DNA of 63,996 nt, the filler included, from Bonamia ostreae (lineage: Eukaryota): assembly GCA_040357525.1 (NCBI GenBank). It is 22 parts of 22 records of this genome, joined end to end, with 100 filler letters (N's around TTAATTAATTAA, not from the genome) between each part and the next. Parts side by side here need not be neighbours in the genome. Positions count along the whole stretch, not along the records: positions 11,785 to 14,625 come from JBDODL010000675.1; positions 14,726 to 17,561 come from JBDODL010000676.1; positions 17,662 to 20,495 come from JBDODL010000677.1; positions 20,596 to 23,429 come from JBDODL010000678.1; positions 23,530 to 26,362 come from JBDODL010000679.1; positions 26,463 to 29,292 come from JBDODL010000680.1; 16 more parts are not named here. One strand, written 5' to 3'. Both the position numbers and the translations under genes were made by a program. Below, piece by piece: positions 13,719 through 26,579 of the stretch (its first letter is position 1; each line of letters starts with the position of its first letter). The notes beneath the pieces are model-generated. The model worked only from the letters and a program-made list of their open reading frames with translations. It was not told the origin of the DNA and made no database searches.

Positions 13719-13813
13719 TTTTTTTTAATTCTGGAATGGAATAAAAACAAAATTTTTTACTGCCCCTTTTAATGTGGATTAAATTAAAACAATAAAACTT
13801 AGCCAATATAAAA

Positions 13814-14547
13814 ATGACAACTTTTTATAAAGGAACAACTATAGAACAAAGTTATTTGTTTAAAGACAAGCAGAAGAAATTGAAGTCGAAAATGGCTTTC
13901 CCGAAATGTTTCAGGAGGAAAATAGACATCAAAAAGGTCAATATTGACGTTATTGCGATTTGGATTAAAAGGAAAACAAACGATATTCTTGATTTTGACG
14001 ATGACGTCTTAAATGGAATGATCGTCAATATGTTAAAAGAAGTTTATTAGTTCAAAAAACAATTTTAAAATTTTTTCTTTTTTTACCAAAATTAGATCAA
14101 AAATTTATTTCGAAAATAGAGCTCAAAAAGTTTCTATTTACAAAATAATTTTCAAATTCAAAAAGGGCACAGATCCCAAAGAAATCCAAATTTTTGTGAC
14201 AGGATTTCTAGAAAAAAAAGCTTACGACTTTATGAAGGAATTATGGAAACTTTTAATAAAATGTTCAAAATCAGAAAGCGGTATTTCAAAGGAACTTTTA
14301 GAAGAAGAAAAAAAATTTTTCAAGTTAAAAAAAGTTTAAAAATTAAATCAAAAGATTGACAAAGAAGAAAAGAAAAAACGAGAAAGACGAGAGTTTAGAG
14401 ATAAAATGGATTCAAAAACGAGAAGAAGATTGGATCAGATTGAAGCTGAAACCGAAAAATTGACTGAAAGAAAAAAGGTTGTCTATTTTTAACAAAAAGA
14501 AACGACGATATTTTTCAGAGAAAACCATTTCCGAAAAACGCGAATAA
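13814..14547 (+). CDS. SRRM1: PWI-domain splicing protein (SRRM1/SRm160-like), short, no RS domain
   Basis: FYKGTTIEQ..F.DK.KKL...F...ID.KKVNIDVIAIWI....L.FDDDV, then DPKEIQIFVTGFLEKKAYDFMKELWKLL. Three introns; stop at 14545-14547. Confidence 0.85.
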
Positions 14548-15474
14548 ATTTTTAGTGCTAAAATGTTTAAAAAGACGACATGTTAAAAAATTTTATCTGG
14601 AAATGGCTAAAATGCTAAGACGACANNNNNNNNNNNNNNNNNNNNNNNNNNNNNNNNNNNNNNNNNNNNTTAATTAATTAANNNNNNNNNNNNNNNNNNN
14701 NNNNNNNNNNNNNNNNNNNNNNNNNAAAAACAAAAATGATTATTTCGACTTATTAAAGAATCGACGATTCTTTAACAAATTTCAAAGAATGGAAAATTGA
14801 TCTTCCATTTTTGGAAAAAAGCTTTGCGAAAACCTTCACAGACCTTCTCGTCGCGAAAGCCATTAAGATAAATTTTTTCGCAAATCGGAAAAGACAAAAT
14901 TTGATCCGCGGCTTTAAAAAACCCATTTTTGAGGCGTTGGCGCCATTATTAAAAAAAGCTGATTTGGAAAGTGAATTTGAAACTTTGAAAAGATTGCTCG
15001 GCGACGCAAATGAGAACTCTTACTCTGTCAGAACTAAAGTTCTTATTTGAAATTTTGTTACAAAAGAAGCCGCTAAAGGAAATCATAAAGAAAGCGGTGT
15101 CTCAAGACTAATTTGTGTTGATTAAATGTGTAAGACGGATTTTGTTTTTGCGGGATATTATTAAATTTTAAAATAATAAAATAAAAAAAATAATAAAAAC
15201 GTTGAAAAATAATAATAATAAAAACATTAAAATTATTAAAATAACAAAAACGTTGAAAAATAAAATAAAAAAATGACGTTAAAAAATTAATATTCAAAAA
15301 AAACAAATTTAATTAAAATCAAACCAATAAAATTATTAAAAAAATAACTATTTAGTTAAAAATCTAAAAGAAAAATGTTTCCAAAAAAGATATTAAATTA
15401 CAAAAGACAATTAATATTTCATATTATTAAACATATCATAAAAGAAAACCCAATTTGAGCCATAATTTAATTTA

Positions 15475-16342
15475 ATGGAAAAACACCAGAAACACGAAAA
15501 TCTCAGTTTCATTTTCTAATTTTGAATTAATTTCAAAAAAATGAAAACTAAAATATTTTAAAAGCGTTACAGGAGAAGTTAAAGATTTTTTGGGAAGAAC
15601 AGTCAAATTCAATGATCGGTTTAAATTTATAAATTTCAGAATTAGATATAAACGATGTAAAACATTCAATTCTACCTTTATCAAGAATAAAGAAAATTAT
15701 TAAAAGGGATCAAGATATTAGAGTTTTAACAATTTTTAAATTTTTTCCAATTTTCTTGATTTTTGACCAATTTTTTAAAATCAAAGATGATAAGAAATGA
15801 AGTGCCTCTTGTGTTTTCAAAAGCAGCAGAACTTTTTATTCTCGAAATGACTATAAAGGTTTGGGAAGTGACAAAGCGCAACAACAGAAAAACTATTCAA
15901 AAATCAGACGTCCTTAAAATCATCCAAGAAGATCCACATTATGATTTTCTCAATGACGTTCTGCCCAATGTTTGGAATGTTTTTAGTTAACATTCAAAAA
16001 TCGATTTTTTTATTTAAACCAAAATTTTCAATAAAAACAAAGAATAATATTTTAATGAACGAAAACGCTCCGATAACAGTGCCCCCAGATTTCCCAGAGC
16101 CAGAAAATGGAATTTGTACTTTTCAAGAGAATCCATCGAATGGCTACAACAATTTGATAATGGGATGCTTCGAACCAGAATTCCAAGGAATGCAAGTTCC
16201 GATGGGAGAAACGAATGGAACGAAAATTGTTTCATTGGATGGAGAAGAAGAAATGGAAGCAAACGGTTTCAAAGAATATCGGAATGAAGAAGTACAAGAA
16301 GAGTACAAGTTTGAAGACGATCCTGGAGAATTTTTGGTGTGA
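15475..16342 (+). CDS. NF-YC/HAP5-type histone-fold transcription factor
   Basis: Spliced LQEKLKIFWEEQ, HSILPLSRIKKIIKRDQD and MIRNEVPLVFSKAAELFILEMT....NNRKTIQKSD..YDFL, followed by an acidic C-terminal tail. Confidence 0.85.
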
Positions 16343-16752
16343 ATCAATACGAATAAATGTAACATTATTGTGAATAAGTTTGTAATGTTATTGTAAGTGA
16401 CTTATAACAAATTCAATACCAAATAATCGTTCCATTTTAATCGAAAGAAAAGAGACATGTTGAAAAAGAGACATGTTAATAAAAAAATTTTGATCATATT
16501 GAGCAAATGATGTTTTTAGAAATAAAAACATCCTTTAAATCACTTTTTTTAAATCACTTAAAATGAAATTTAAATAAATTATCTTCAAATGTGACAAAGA
16601 GTACAAATTAAATTTGTAACATCGAATTTGCAGAAGAGGATACGTAAATAGCTAATTTTTACCAAACATCGATTTAATTTTTATCCAACTTGGCTAAATC
16701 CTTATACGAATATTTAAACTAGAAACACTTTATTTTATAACAATCGACAATA

Positions 16753-17561
16753 ATGGACAATTCCAGAATTTTTATCGGCGGTAATTGGAAATCAAATTGT
16801 TCGCTTGAAAAAGCCGAAAAACTCACAAAAGAGCTTATTTCTGAACTTTCGAAAATGGACAAAAACATGAAAGAAAATAAATATGTGGTCATTTCCCCGC
16901 CATTTGTGTACTTGAAAGAGATCAACGAATTGGTCAAAAGAACAAAGTTCGCCAAATTCAATTTTGCTGTTTCTGCGCAGAATTGCAGTGAAACTGGGAA
17001 TGGAGCGTACACGGGAGAAATTTCAACTGAAATGTTAAAAAGCATTGACGTGAAATGGGTTATTGTTGGCCACTCTGAAAGAAGAAGTTTGTTTTGTGAG
17101 AATGACAATGTTTTTGTATTAAAATTGAGACAATCGCCCAAAAAATATCGTTGTGTATGAAAGAAAAGTTGTCAGTCATCGCGTGTATCGGCGAGACTTT
17201 GAAAGAACGCAAAAACGGGCAATTAGAAGAAATATTGAATAGACAATTAGAGGGAATTCAAAACAGTCAAAATTTAGACTGGTCTAAAATTGTTATTGCT
17301 TATGAACCCGTTTGGGCCATTGGAACGGGTGAGGTTGCAACACCGGAACAAGCTCAAAAAGTGCATTGCTTTATCCGGAAATGGTTAAATAAAAGGGTTT
17401 CCCCCGAGATTGCTAATACAATTAGGATCATTTACGGCGGTTAAAATTTTATCGTTTTTGTATTTCTTTTAATTATTTTTTGTTTTCGCAAAATTTATTT
17501 TTTTTCAAGTTATTTTTTGTTTTCGCAAAATTTATTTTTTTTTTAATTATTTTTTATTTTC
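16753..17561 (+). CDS. TPI1: Triosephosphate isomerase; 3' end truncated inside a repeat-filled intron
   Basis: FIGGNWK, GAYTGEIS, IVGHSERR, IACIGET, IAYEPVWAIGTG, IRIIYG. 20-nt intron at 17110-17129. Confidence 0.97.
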
Positions 17562-17661
17562 NNNNNNNNNNNNNNNNNNNNNNNNNNNNNNNNNNNNNNN
17601 NNNNNTTAATTAATTAANNNNNNNNNNNNNNNNNNNNNNNNNNNNNNNNNNNNNNNNNNNN

Positions 17662-19561
17662 ATTACCAATATAACGAAAATTCCACGACCAAATTTAGCG
17701 ATAAATTTCAGCGGTAAACGATATATCAAAAATTTTAAAATTTGTCAATTTTGAACGATTTATGAAATCTAAAACGATTTCTAAACCAGAAGGAAGTTGC
17801 GCCGCCGAACCTGTTTTGCTCGACGACGTCGATTTTTCTCAAAATTTACCAAACGACGACCCATTTTCAAAAGAATTGCTTCAATATCCTCCCGGTAGAC
17901 TAAATTTTAATCTTTTCTAAACTTAATTAAAGTTAAATCCACTTTTATATTGACAAAATTAACAAAAAAGCAAAATTTTAAATTTTTTAAAAAGGTAAAA
18001 ATGCGACGACAGTAATTACGAAAGGAGATTTGGTGCGTTTGGCACCAGATTGTTATTTAAATGACAGTTTAATCGATTTTTATTGTTCGTTCATTTTCGA
18101 AAAAATTTCGAATGAAAAATCGAAAATTTTAGTGTTCTCTTCATTTTTCTATCAACATTTAAAAATTCTCGCGGAATCGTTTAATGACGTTTTAATTTTT
18201 GACTTCTTTTTTAACAATTTAATTTTTTATCGATTAATTTAACAATTTTTTGCAAATTTTCTACCGATTTTTTTATTTTTTTTGCAAATTTTTTAGCAAT
18301 TAATTTAACGATTTTTGCAAATTTTAAATTTATTTTAACACAAAGATGAACAAATCGAAAGAAAATTGGTCGAAAAAAGCTAAAATTTTGGAAAAATCTC
18401 ATTTGATCATTCCGATTAACGAAGATTATCATTGGAGCCTTCTGATCGTCAGCAATTTCGATAAAGCTGTTTCTGCAGCTTTAAACAATAGTTCAGAAAC
18501 TTCGAAAATCGCAACCATTTTTCATCTTGATTCTTTTAAAGGAAGTCACGATCGTAAATATATTTGCGAAGTTTTGACAAAAAATTTTCATAATTTGCTA
18601 AAATCAGTCAAAAAATTAATTTTCTAGCGATTATTTGCAAAAAAATCTGTAAAAATTAACTAAAAGATTCTTAGAGAATATTTGAGTTGTTTGCTGAAAA
18701 ACAACTCCAAAAAAGAAATCGATTCGAATTTTCGATTCGACGAAAAAAATTTTCCGGATAAAAATATCAAAGTTCCGCAACAAAAAAATTTTTGCGATTG
18801 TGGACTTTATTTGCTCAATTTCGTTTCTTTGTACATAAACGTTTTTAATCTTGACTAACCACAAAAACCTTTTTTTATTTTTAAATTTGGAATATTTTAG
18901 AGTATTTTTGAAACGGGAAACAATGTCACTAGAAATGTCAAATTTGATAAGAAAGAAATAGGTAAATTTTAAAAATTTATTAAGACCAAATGAGACAGAA
19001 AATATATTATCTCATTTTAGAATTAGCAGGCAAAAAGGCGATGAGCTACGAAAAATTTGGGGAAAAGTACAAAAACTACTTTAACGAAAATATCGAAATA
19101 AATGATTTTCGCCAAAACAGCTCAAAAAAAATTGTTTTGGCAAAATTTTATTAAAGAGGTTGAAAATAAAAGAAATCGGTGATATCGACCAAATAAGAGA
19201 CGCAATTTTGACCAAGAAATCGAATTTGAAGAAAAGCGAATCGTTAAAAGATTTTATGTTCAATCTTATCGTCACTAAAAAAGAATCCACAAAAAACAGA
19301 TACAATTTGACATTGAATTATGAACAAGCGGAAAAAATTGGCGCTCTCAAAAAAATTATAAAATTCTTCAAACAAAAACTTTGGAAATGCCAAAAATGCG
19401 GTCGTTCAAACAGTTTCAGAAACAGATTTTGTCAGCAATGCGATGTCGAAAAGGTTAAATTTTTTTAAAATTAGACAAACCTGAAAGACATAATAGCAAA
19501 ACTAAAAACAAAAAATGATTATAGTCTGGAAAAAGCTTTATTGCTGTTTTTTGGAAAATGA
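17662..19561 (+). CDS. Ulp1/SENP (peptidase C48) SUMO protease, possibly extended by a RanBP2-type zinc finger and a UBA-like helix; 5' truncated
   Basis: YLNDSLIDFY, SSFFY, IIPINEDYHWSL (His), HLDS (Asp), VPQQKNFCDCGL (Cys). Downstream WKCQKCGRSN....FCQQC. Joining the downstream part is inferred. Confidence 0.8.
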
Positions 19562-19846
19562 TTTGCAATAAATTAAATTTTTGAATTTTCGATAATATTA
19601 TTTGTCCAAATAAATGATAATTTTTGAATTGCTGAAAAAATTATTTTAGTTATAAAATGGCCATTTTTTGTACTTTTTCGCTATTCTCCACTTTTACCAA
19701 AAAATTGAATCTTTATCGACTAAAAAATAACTAGTTGACATAAATTAGCGAATCCAATATAATTAAAAAAAAACAAATAAAGTGCGATATATAGAAAATC
19801 GCATAAACAGAAACACATAGCCGTTATTATTAACTTACAACTAAAA

Positions 19847-20190
19847 ATGAGAAAATGGTCAATGAACGAAGAGGACGAGTTTATAGAAGATAAACACGAA
19901 AAATATCTGGAAATCAAAACAGAAATTGACAAAGCCAAACAACAGAAAATGGAAAAAATAAACGATGTCTTGATCGGCGTTTTTGGTTTTAAACATAAAA
20001 ACAATAAAAAGCAAGTGCTGGAATCGCTTTTTTGTTACCTATCATTTTCAAAAAAATTGGTTTGCCCAAATCGGCGTTGGTGGGCGTATTGATTGGGATA
20101 AGTTTCGGTGGATTCTTCGGATTGGTCGTTGGATATGTGGCGAATATTATTTACGTTCAACTTTTCTTTGCAAAATCATCGTATTTGTAA
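19847..20190 (+). CDS. Small membrane protein with a glycine-zipper-like C-terminus
   Basis: Removing the 26-nt intron GTTTTAAACATAAAAACAATAAAAAG gives IGVFASAGIAFLL...SALVGVLIGISFGGFFGLVVGYVANII. Confidence 0.55.
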
Positions 20191-20595
20191 ATAAAATTGT
20201 CTTTTCCAATTCTATTATTTTTACAATTAATTTTACTAAAAACGATAAACAACAAAAATTTAATAAATTAAACATCTAAAATTCACTTAAAAAACAAAAA
20301 AAAATAAAAAATATAAAAAAAAAACACAACTTGACCACAAAGACTTTACAATAATTACAACATAAAACATATAAATCAAATACACATATGAAAAAAATCA
20401 AACAATCAAAAAATACAAAAACACAACAATATATCTAAAAATAAAATTCAAACTAACAGCAACATATTTTTTATTATCAATTATAATAATTTGAANNNNN
20501 NNNNNNNNNNNNNNNNNNNNNNNNNNNNNNNNNNNNNNNTTAATTAATTAANNNNNNNNNNNNNNNNNNNNNNNNNNNNNNNNNNNNNNNNNNNN

Positions 20596-22632
20596 TGACG
20601 TCAGGAAAAATTTTAAACTTATTGATGTCTGTTCTTAAAATTGTTTTTGCTATCAAATCCTACAAAGCTCTTTTCACAAACGTCTACAAATTCACAAGCC
20701 AATCTGATAATGTGCAAATGACCAATTCCGAGATACAAGCAAACACCGGTAACAAAGATCCCGGAATTTTCATTTTACTTGTAAGCAATATCGGCTATCT
20801 TTCCACTCTTCTGGGATTTCTCTCTGCGTATTATTATTCAACAGATAGATTCTTAGATATGAACAGGACCACATTTTTGGTATTGCTGTTTGTCGTCGAG
20901 TTTTGTTGGGTTACTTTTCTAGGAATAATATTTTTATTCGAATTTGTGTTTAGCAAAAAATATAAAATTTTGATGGTGACAGTGGATACATACATTGGAT
21001 GGGGTTTAGTTTGGAGCAAAATAAGTGTTGCTATTTTCATAATCGGATTGTTCCTTGTGATGGTTTCTTATTTGATCGGGGGTTCAGCTGGTCACATCAA
21101 AAATTCGAATGATTGTGATGATGATAATGAAGTACTTGGTTTAACAATAATTTTTATTGCTGTTACAATCCCATTTTACAATAAAAATACATTTAATAAT
21201 AGAAAAATTTGTTTTGGATCCGATGAAAACAATTATTTGTCCTGTATTTGCTGATATTAAAGATAAAGACGCAAATTCGTGCACTGTTATCTGCAACAGA
21301 ATTTGTTGTTGTTACGAAAAAGAAGAAGAGAACGAGATTTATTATTTAAAATATATTTTTTGTCCTGTTTGCACTGAATTAGATCCCGAAGACGATAAAT
21401 TATTAGTGCGCAATTTGTTATCTAATTATCTTTGTTGCTGTTGTTACGACAGTTTTTATCTTTATTTGTAGTTACAATGAAAAGAAGAATGAATCCGTTG
21501 AAATGTCTATGTTGTGTACAAAATTTTATTGAACTGAGAGAATTTAAAAGAAGAATGGATGAGGAAAAAGATATTTCGAATATTTTTGACAACAATGACA
21601 AAAATGACGAATTAACATACAGTTTTAAATCTAAAATTCAGACGAATTAAGAGAAAAAATATACTCCATTAAAGAAAATCAAATAAACGAAAATATAAGT
21701 TCGAGAAATGCAAAATTTTTTGCAGACGAATATTCTCAGAAAAACCATTGGCCATTTTTGCATAAATTCAAAGGCATTTTCCAAAATGGTTTTACCAAAT
21801 TTGTGCAATATTTGACGCCATTGTTCTTTATTCCGATCGTCTTCGTTTATGTTTATAAAGCAGTACACAACAATTGGCTTGTAGCCGATTTTGAGCCGAA
21901 AGGCATTTTAGCTGCTGTGTTAGGGGATACAAGTGTGACCTCTAATACAGATCATATTTCTGAAATAAATCAAACAAAGCAATCCCTTTGTCCATTATTA
22001 GATTTGCTAAGCGCAATCAAAGATTTGATTTTTAAACTCGTTTTTTCGTCTCTTAAAGGAATTTTTTCACGTTTTTATGTTAACAATTTTTTGTTGCGCA
22101 TACACCAAATTTAATTGATATCATTTGCCAATTTTTGAAAACGCTAAAATTTTAAGAATACGACCGATTTCAGAAAAGTTTTGAAGAGATAGCAAACTTT
22201 CTGTCGAAGATGGAAACCAAAGATTTATTACCAAAGACTACAAGATTTATGTTGTTGCTGCCAGCCATTATTTTCTGCTTTCTGTTGTTATTGTGCTCCA
22301 TTTTATCCGCGTTTTTCGCCTTTTTCACACGACTTCATTATCTTCTAATTTTGGCGCCATTTTTTATTTTGTTCTTTGGAATGTTATCTATTCCGTCGCA
22401 AATTGTTTCGATTTTTAAGATGATCCCGTTCCTCAAAATAAAAGTAACTTATGGAAATGGGTATTATTGCGGCCAAGTAGTTTTGATGTTGATGTTGACA
22501 ACAATAGTTTGTACTTTGGTGGATCATTTTATGCCGCCGGTTTATCCAATGCCTTTGGACGACCGGTTTAGCGAAGTCGCTGCTGAAATGTATGAAAAAG
22601 AAATCAGAAATCCAATTAAATCAGATTTTTAA
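20596..22632 (+). CDS. Multi-pass membrane protein with Cys-rich inserts (probably one spliced gene, 5' truncated)
   Basis: Successive plus-strand ORFs with many hydrophobic helices and two ICPV..CCC(C)Y segments; family not recognised. Confidence 0.5.
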
Positions 22633-22715
22633 TATAAATTTTTAAAATTTTTAATCCAATTAAATCATTTAAAAAAAATTTGGATTACAAATTTGAAATT
22701 TTTTTGTAGAATTTA

Positions 22716-22949
22716 TTACAAATCCTTTATTTTGATGCTGGGCGGCAACGACTGTTTCAATTTTTCAGCTTTTTGGAAGTCGTTTACAACAAGTGTATAA
22801 AGATATCGAGAGCTTCTCACCTTAAACTTTATCCTCTTTTTCAGCTTTTTGATTTTTATGTGCTTCACATTAGTTCCGCGTGCTATTTTAAGGAATTCAC
22901 GGATGTCTTTAACTTCTTTGGGCTATTACAAAATGACTATTAAAACCAT
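22716..22949 (-). CDS. RPL38: 60S ribosomal protein L38 (eL38)
   Basis: ATG, then a 24-nt intron (22923-22946), then PKEVKDIREFLKIAR..KFKVRSSRYLYTLVVNDFQKAEKLKQSLPP. Missed by the ORF track. Confidence 0.97.
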
Positions 22950-23529
22950 TAAAGGGTTAGATATGTCGAGCTTTAATTATTATACACAAAACGTTAATGA
23001 ATTGTTTTTGTCTAATTTATAAATAATGGAAGTTCTGTGATTCGCATATTTGAAAAAGCTAGCGACTATTTTAATAAATTAGAATGGCTAATTTTAGTCC
23101 CATGACTTTTTTTATTTTGGTAAATCTATAAATTTGATAATTTTGCGTTTGCTCATCTTGCCTCGAACTTGATGTAAGGAAATTTGATTGTCCCTTAAAA
23201 CGGACGCAACAATTTTTCCGGCTGACTACTGCTTAAATGGTTAAAATCAACCGTTGATTTGGACTGTTTTTGTAAGTTCAGCCCATTTTTAAAATTTTTG
23301 TTTTCCCAAAAACTCTTTTTCAGTTCTTTCATTTTTTTCAGTTCTTTGTTTTTTAAGTTCTTTTTTCATTAATAGAAAAAGGATCAATTTTTTTCAAAAA
23401 GTTCGATTTCCTCTCTTTTTGTCTTTTTCNNNNNNNNNNNNNNNNNNNNNNNNNNNNNNNNNNNNNNNNNNNNTTAATTAATTAANNNNNNNNNNNNNNN
23501 NNNNNNNNNNNNNNNNNNNNNNNNNNNNN

Positions 23530-23898
23530 AAAATCGCCAGTTTTTTGGAATCGAGCCAAGCATACCATTTCGTTGATAATGGACCGATAAAAAGTGCTCC
23601 GTAGATTAAAAAACGAAACGAACTTTAATTCCAAAATTTTTTCTGAAGAGTCGAAAATTAAAAAAATGCAAATTTTAATTCGTAGAAGAAACCGCTTATA
23701 ATCCCATTCCATTTGTTTACTGGAAATAGAAAACTGCATTTTCTGACAAATAAAATCGCCCGCGAGGTACATCAAAGCGGAAGAATAGATATTTGTGAAC
23801 ATTGGTCTAATTTCAAGTTGACGAGAATACCATTTCAGAAAAAGAGGAAGAGTTTTAAACGTTCTGGCAAAATTCATTTTGCCAAGTATATTAAACAT
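23530..23898 (-). CDS. Mpv17/PMP22 family membrane protein, 5' part
   Basis: WYSRQLEIRPMFTNIYSSALMYLAGDFICQ....WDYKR matches the Mpv17 Y...L..RP..T.......GD..AQ...D..R pattern. Confidence 0.85.
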
Positions 23899-24347
23899 TT
23901 CTGATATATGCCAATTCCCGAGTTCCTTTTGTTTTCATTTTGAGGCTTTTCTATAACGGCTATTCCAACCAAAACAAGAGAAGACGTTTTACAAAATCAT
24001 TTGAAAGATATTATTGTTGAAAGATAATTTACAGAGGAATTTTTAGAAAATCTTAACCAAAATTCAGCCAAATTTAAAGTCCAGGAAAGATAAATGAACA
24101 AATTGTATAAACTTCAGACAGAGTCTCGATCCAACAATCAGAACATTGAAGAGTTCTCAATGTTACAGGTTAGAATTTTTACAACATCAAAAACAACATT
24201 TTCTAAAGTAAAAACAACTGTCAGGGTAGAGATGATTGAGTAAATCATTATTAACTAAAAAAATAAAAATGAAAAAAGATTGAAAGCAAAACGAGAAAAC
24301 ATCAAAAAAGATTAAAAAGAAGAGCATTTAAAAAGGAAAAAAGAAAA

Positions 24348-25543
24348 TTGATAAGGACTTTATTAAAAAACATTTCAGAAAAAAATAGTGAAAAAGTGGA
24401 TGAAACGATTGAAAAATTGCAAAACTGGCAATTTTGCACTTACAAAAACACCGACTTAAATTTGTGGAATAAAACAAAATGGCGGAAAAGTAACCGAAAT
24501 CCTTTACATCTAGCTATTCGCAACTTCTACAACGATTTAAAATTGGAAAATGGCGAATGTAAAAATCACAAAAACGAAAAAATTGTTAAAACGCTCTTTA
24601 AAAACGAATTGGGACTTTTTGCATTCGACAAAAAAAAGAGATTTCCTTTTGAATTTTGTATCCAAAACCGTGCGGAATTTATCAATCTATTTGAGTTCGT
24701 TATTAAAGAATATTCAAAGTTTTTAAATTTGTTAAGTTGGAAAATTTTTATTTTGTGTGATTAACAAAATGAAGAAGGTACAAAGAAGTAATGTTTGATT
24801 GGGAAAGTTTTGGAGTGTTTTTTGGAACAAGGATTATCAATAATATATTAAAATTCGTTTTTAATTTTTATAAAATTTGCTAATTTTTTTGCCTATCTCA
24901 GCAAAATTTGCTAAAAATATTTTATAAAATTTCTACTCAGATGTTCTATTCTCAAAAAAAATTCAATTTAAAAGATTTGGATATCGATTTTGTTTAAAAT
25001 AAAAATGATATTGAAACTGCTTTTAAAATTCGGCAGTTTTTACAAAAAGAACCGGAAATTATGAAAATATTGTTTGTTCTTTTATGTCTTTTTCTGCTTC
25101 AAATTGGGAACACTGTTTTTTTGTCGGCGAATGGAATAAAAAACTTTTTTTTCCTTCCGACGGATAGTTTTGGGAAGTCTTTGCTAACTTTGTTGTCACC
25201 ATATTTGTCTCACGTTTTGATACTGAACTCGATGGTTATAATTGGATTGACGACAGTCCAAATTAAAGGTTGGGAAAAGTTTTTGATTGGCGTTTGTCCC
25301 GTTTTAACGCAGTTTACTCTTTGTTTCTTTTTCGGTTTAAAATTTGCTTTAAATTGAAATTTCTTAAAACTACGACAATTTGCAATATTTGGTAATTTAA
25401 AAATAGGTTACGACATATTTCTGAAGCTGACAGAAGGCAATTACAATCTCTGGTTTTTGCTAAATCACAGTTTGCTTATATCTGTTGCTCTTTTGATCGC
25501 TCTCATATCCCTTGTCTCGACTTTAATGCACAAAAAGGATTAA
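24348..25543 (+). CDS. Ankyrin-like repeat plus C-terminal transmembrane protein (boundaries uncertain)
   Basis: NPLHLAI..IVKTLF...D...RFPF is ankyrin-like; downstream exons are hydrophobic. Confidence 0.4.
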
Positions 25544-25703
25544 ACTTGAAAATATATTTTTAATTTATCAAAATTTGTTTCTATAAACGAATTGCAAAAA
25601 TTATCTTTGAACAAAAAATCGCGCTATTTCCAATATAAGTAATCTTATATAACACAATAACGTCACAATTTCTGCGTAAATAACACCACAATCAATCTAA
25701 AAA

Positions 25704-26333
25704 ATGGTTTCAGTAATCGATTTTGTGATATGTTTTTTATTCGTTGTGTTTGGATTATCGTTTTGGCCTAAGCTAATTTCAATGGTAAACCTCAAATTAG
25801 AAAAGAAATTGAAATCGGAGAATGAAAAGGAATTTGACCGTTTCATCAAAATTCGGTTCGATCAAATCGTTAAAATTGAAAAAACCGACAAAAAACAGTT
25901 TTATCGTCAATTCCTCGAAGCCATTGAAGAAGTGGAAAGGGAATATTCACCCCATAAAATGTACAATCTATTGTTCAAATTTTTTTTCGCAGAGGACTTT
26001 GTCTCTCAAATGACCAAAGTTCGATTCGTCAATAAAATTGTGAATCTCGATTTAAATCGTTTCATCGGGCATTTTAGAAGAGAGATTCTGGAAAGTGACA
26101 ATTTGGAAGACAAAAAGACTCTCTCAGAAATATTGACGATCGCTGAAACAGCTCATTTAGAAAAACTGAGAGACAAAACGGATTTGATTGCTTTGTTAAA
26201 TGCCAAGTTAGTGAGCTACGAGAACTTTTTTAAAATTTGGGAAAGCATTGATTATTTGTTCGACGAATTGAATAAAAAGAAAAAGGAGGAAGTGCTTAAA
26301 CAGCTGAAAAGATATGTTTGTAGAGCGAGTTGA
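25704..26333 (+). CDS. Hypothetical protein with N-terminal membrane anchor
   Basis: Intronless 209-aa ORF with a hydrophobic N-terminus and a helical charged body. Confidence 0.55.
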   Translation: MVSVIDFVICFLFVVFGLSFWPKLISMVNLKLEKKLKSENEKEFDRFIKIRFDQIVKIEKTDKKQFYRQFLEAIEEVEREYSPHKMYNLLFKFFFAEDFVSQMTKVRFVNKIVNLDLNRFIGHFRREILESDNLEDKKTLSEILTIAETAHLEKLRDKTDLIALLNAKLVSYENFFKIWESIDYLFDELNKKKKEEVLKQLKRYVCRAS

Positions 26334-26579
26334 TTAATATGATCATGATTTGGCAACTACAANNNNNNNNNNNNNNNNNNNNNNNNNNNNNNNNNNNNNN
26401 NNNNNNTTAATTAATTAANNNNNNNNNNNNNNNNNNNNNNNNNNNNNNNNNNNNNNNNNNNNTCTACAAACACACAAAGAATAGGAAAATGGAGAGATTT
26501 TATTTTGATTAAAAATGCTTTTAGCTGAATTTGTACAAAATATTGATTCTGCTAATTTCAAGTGTTTAGCAAAAAATTT

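Noticed and set aside
19975-20012. Possible GC-AG non-canonical intron
   Set aside because: A GT donor nine bases downstream gives the same reading frame with a 26-nt canonical intron.
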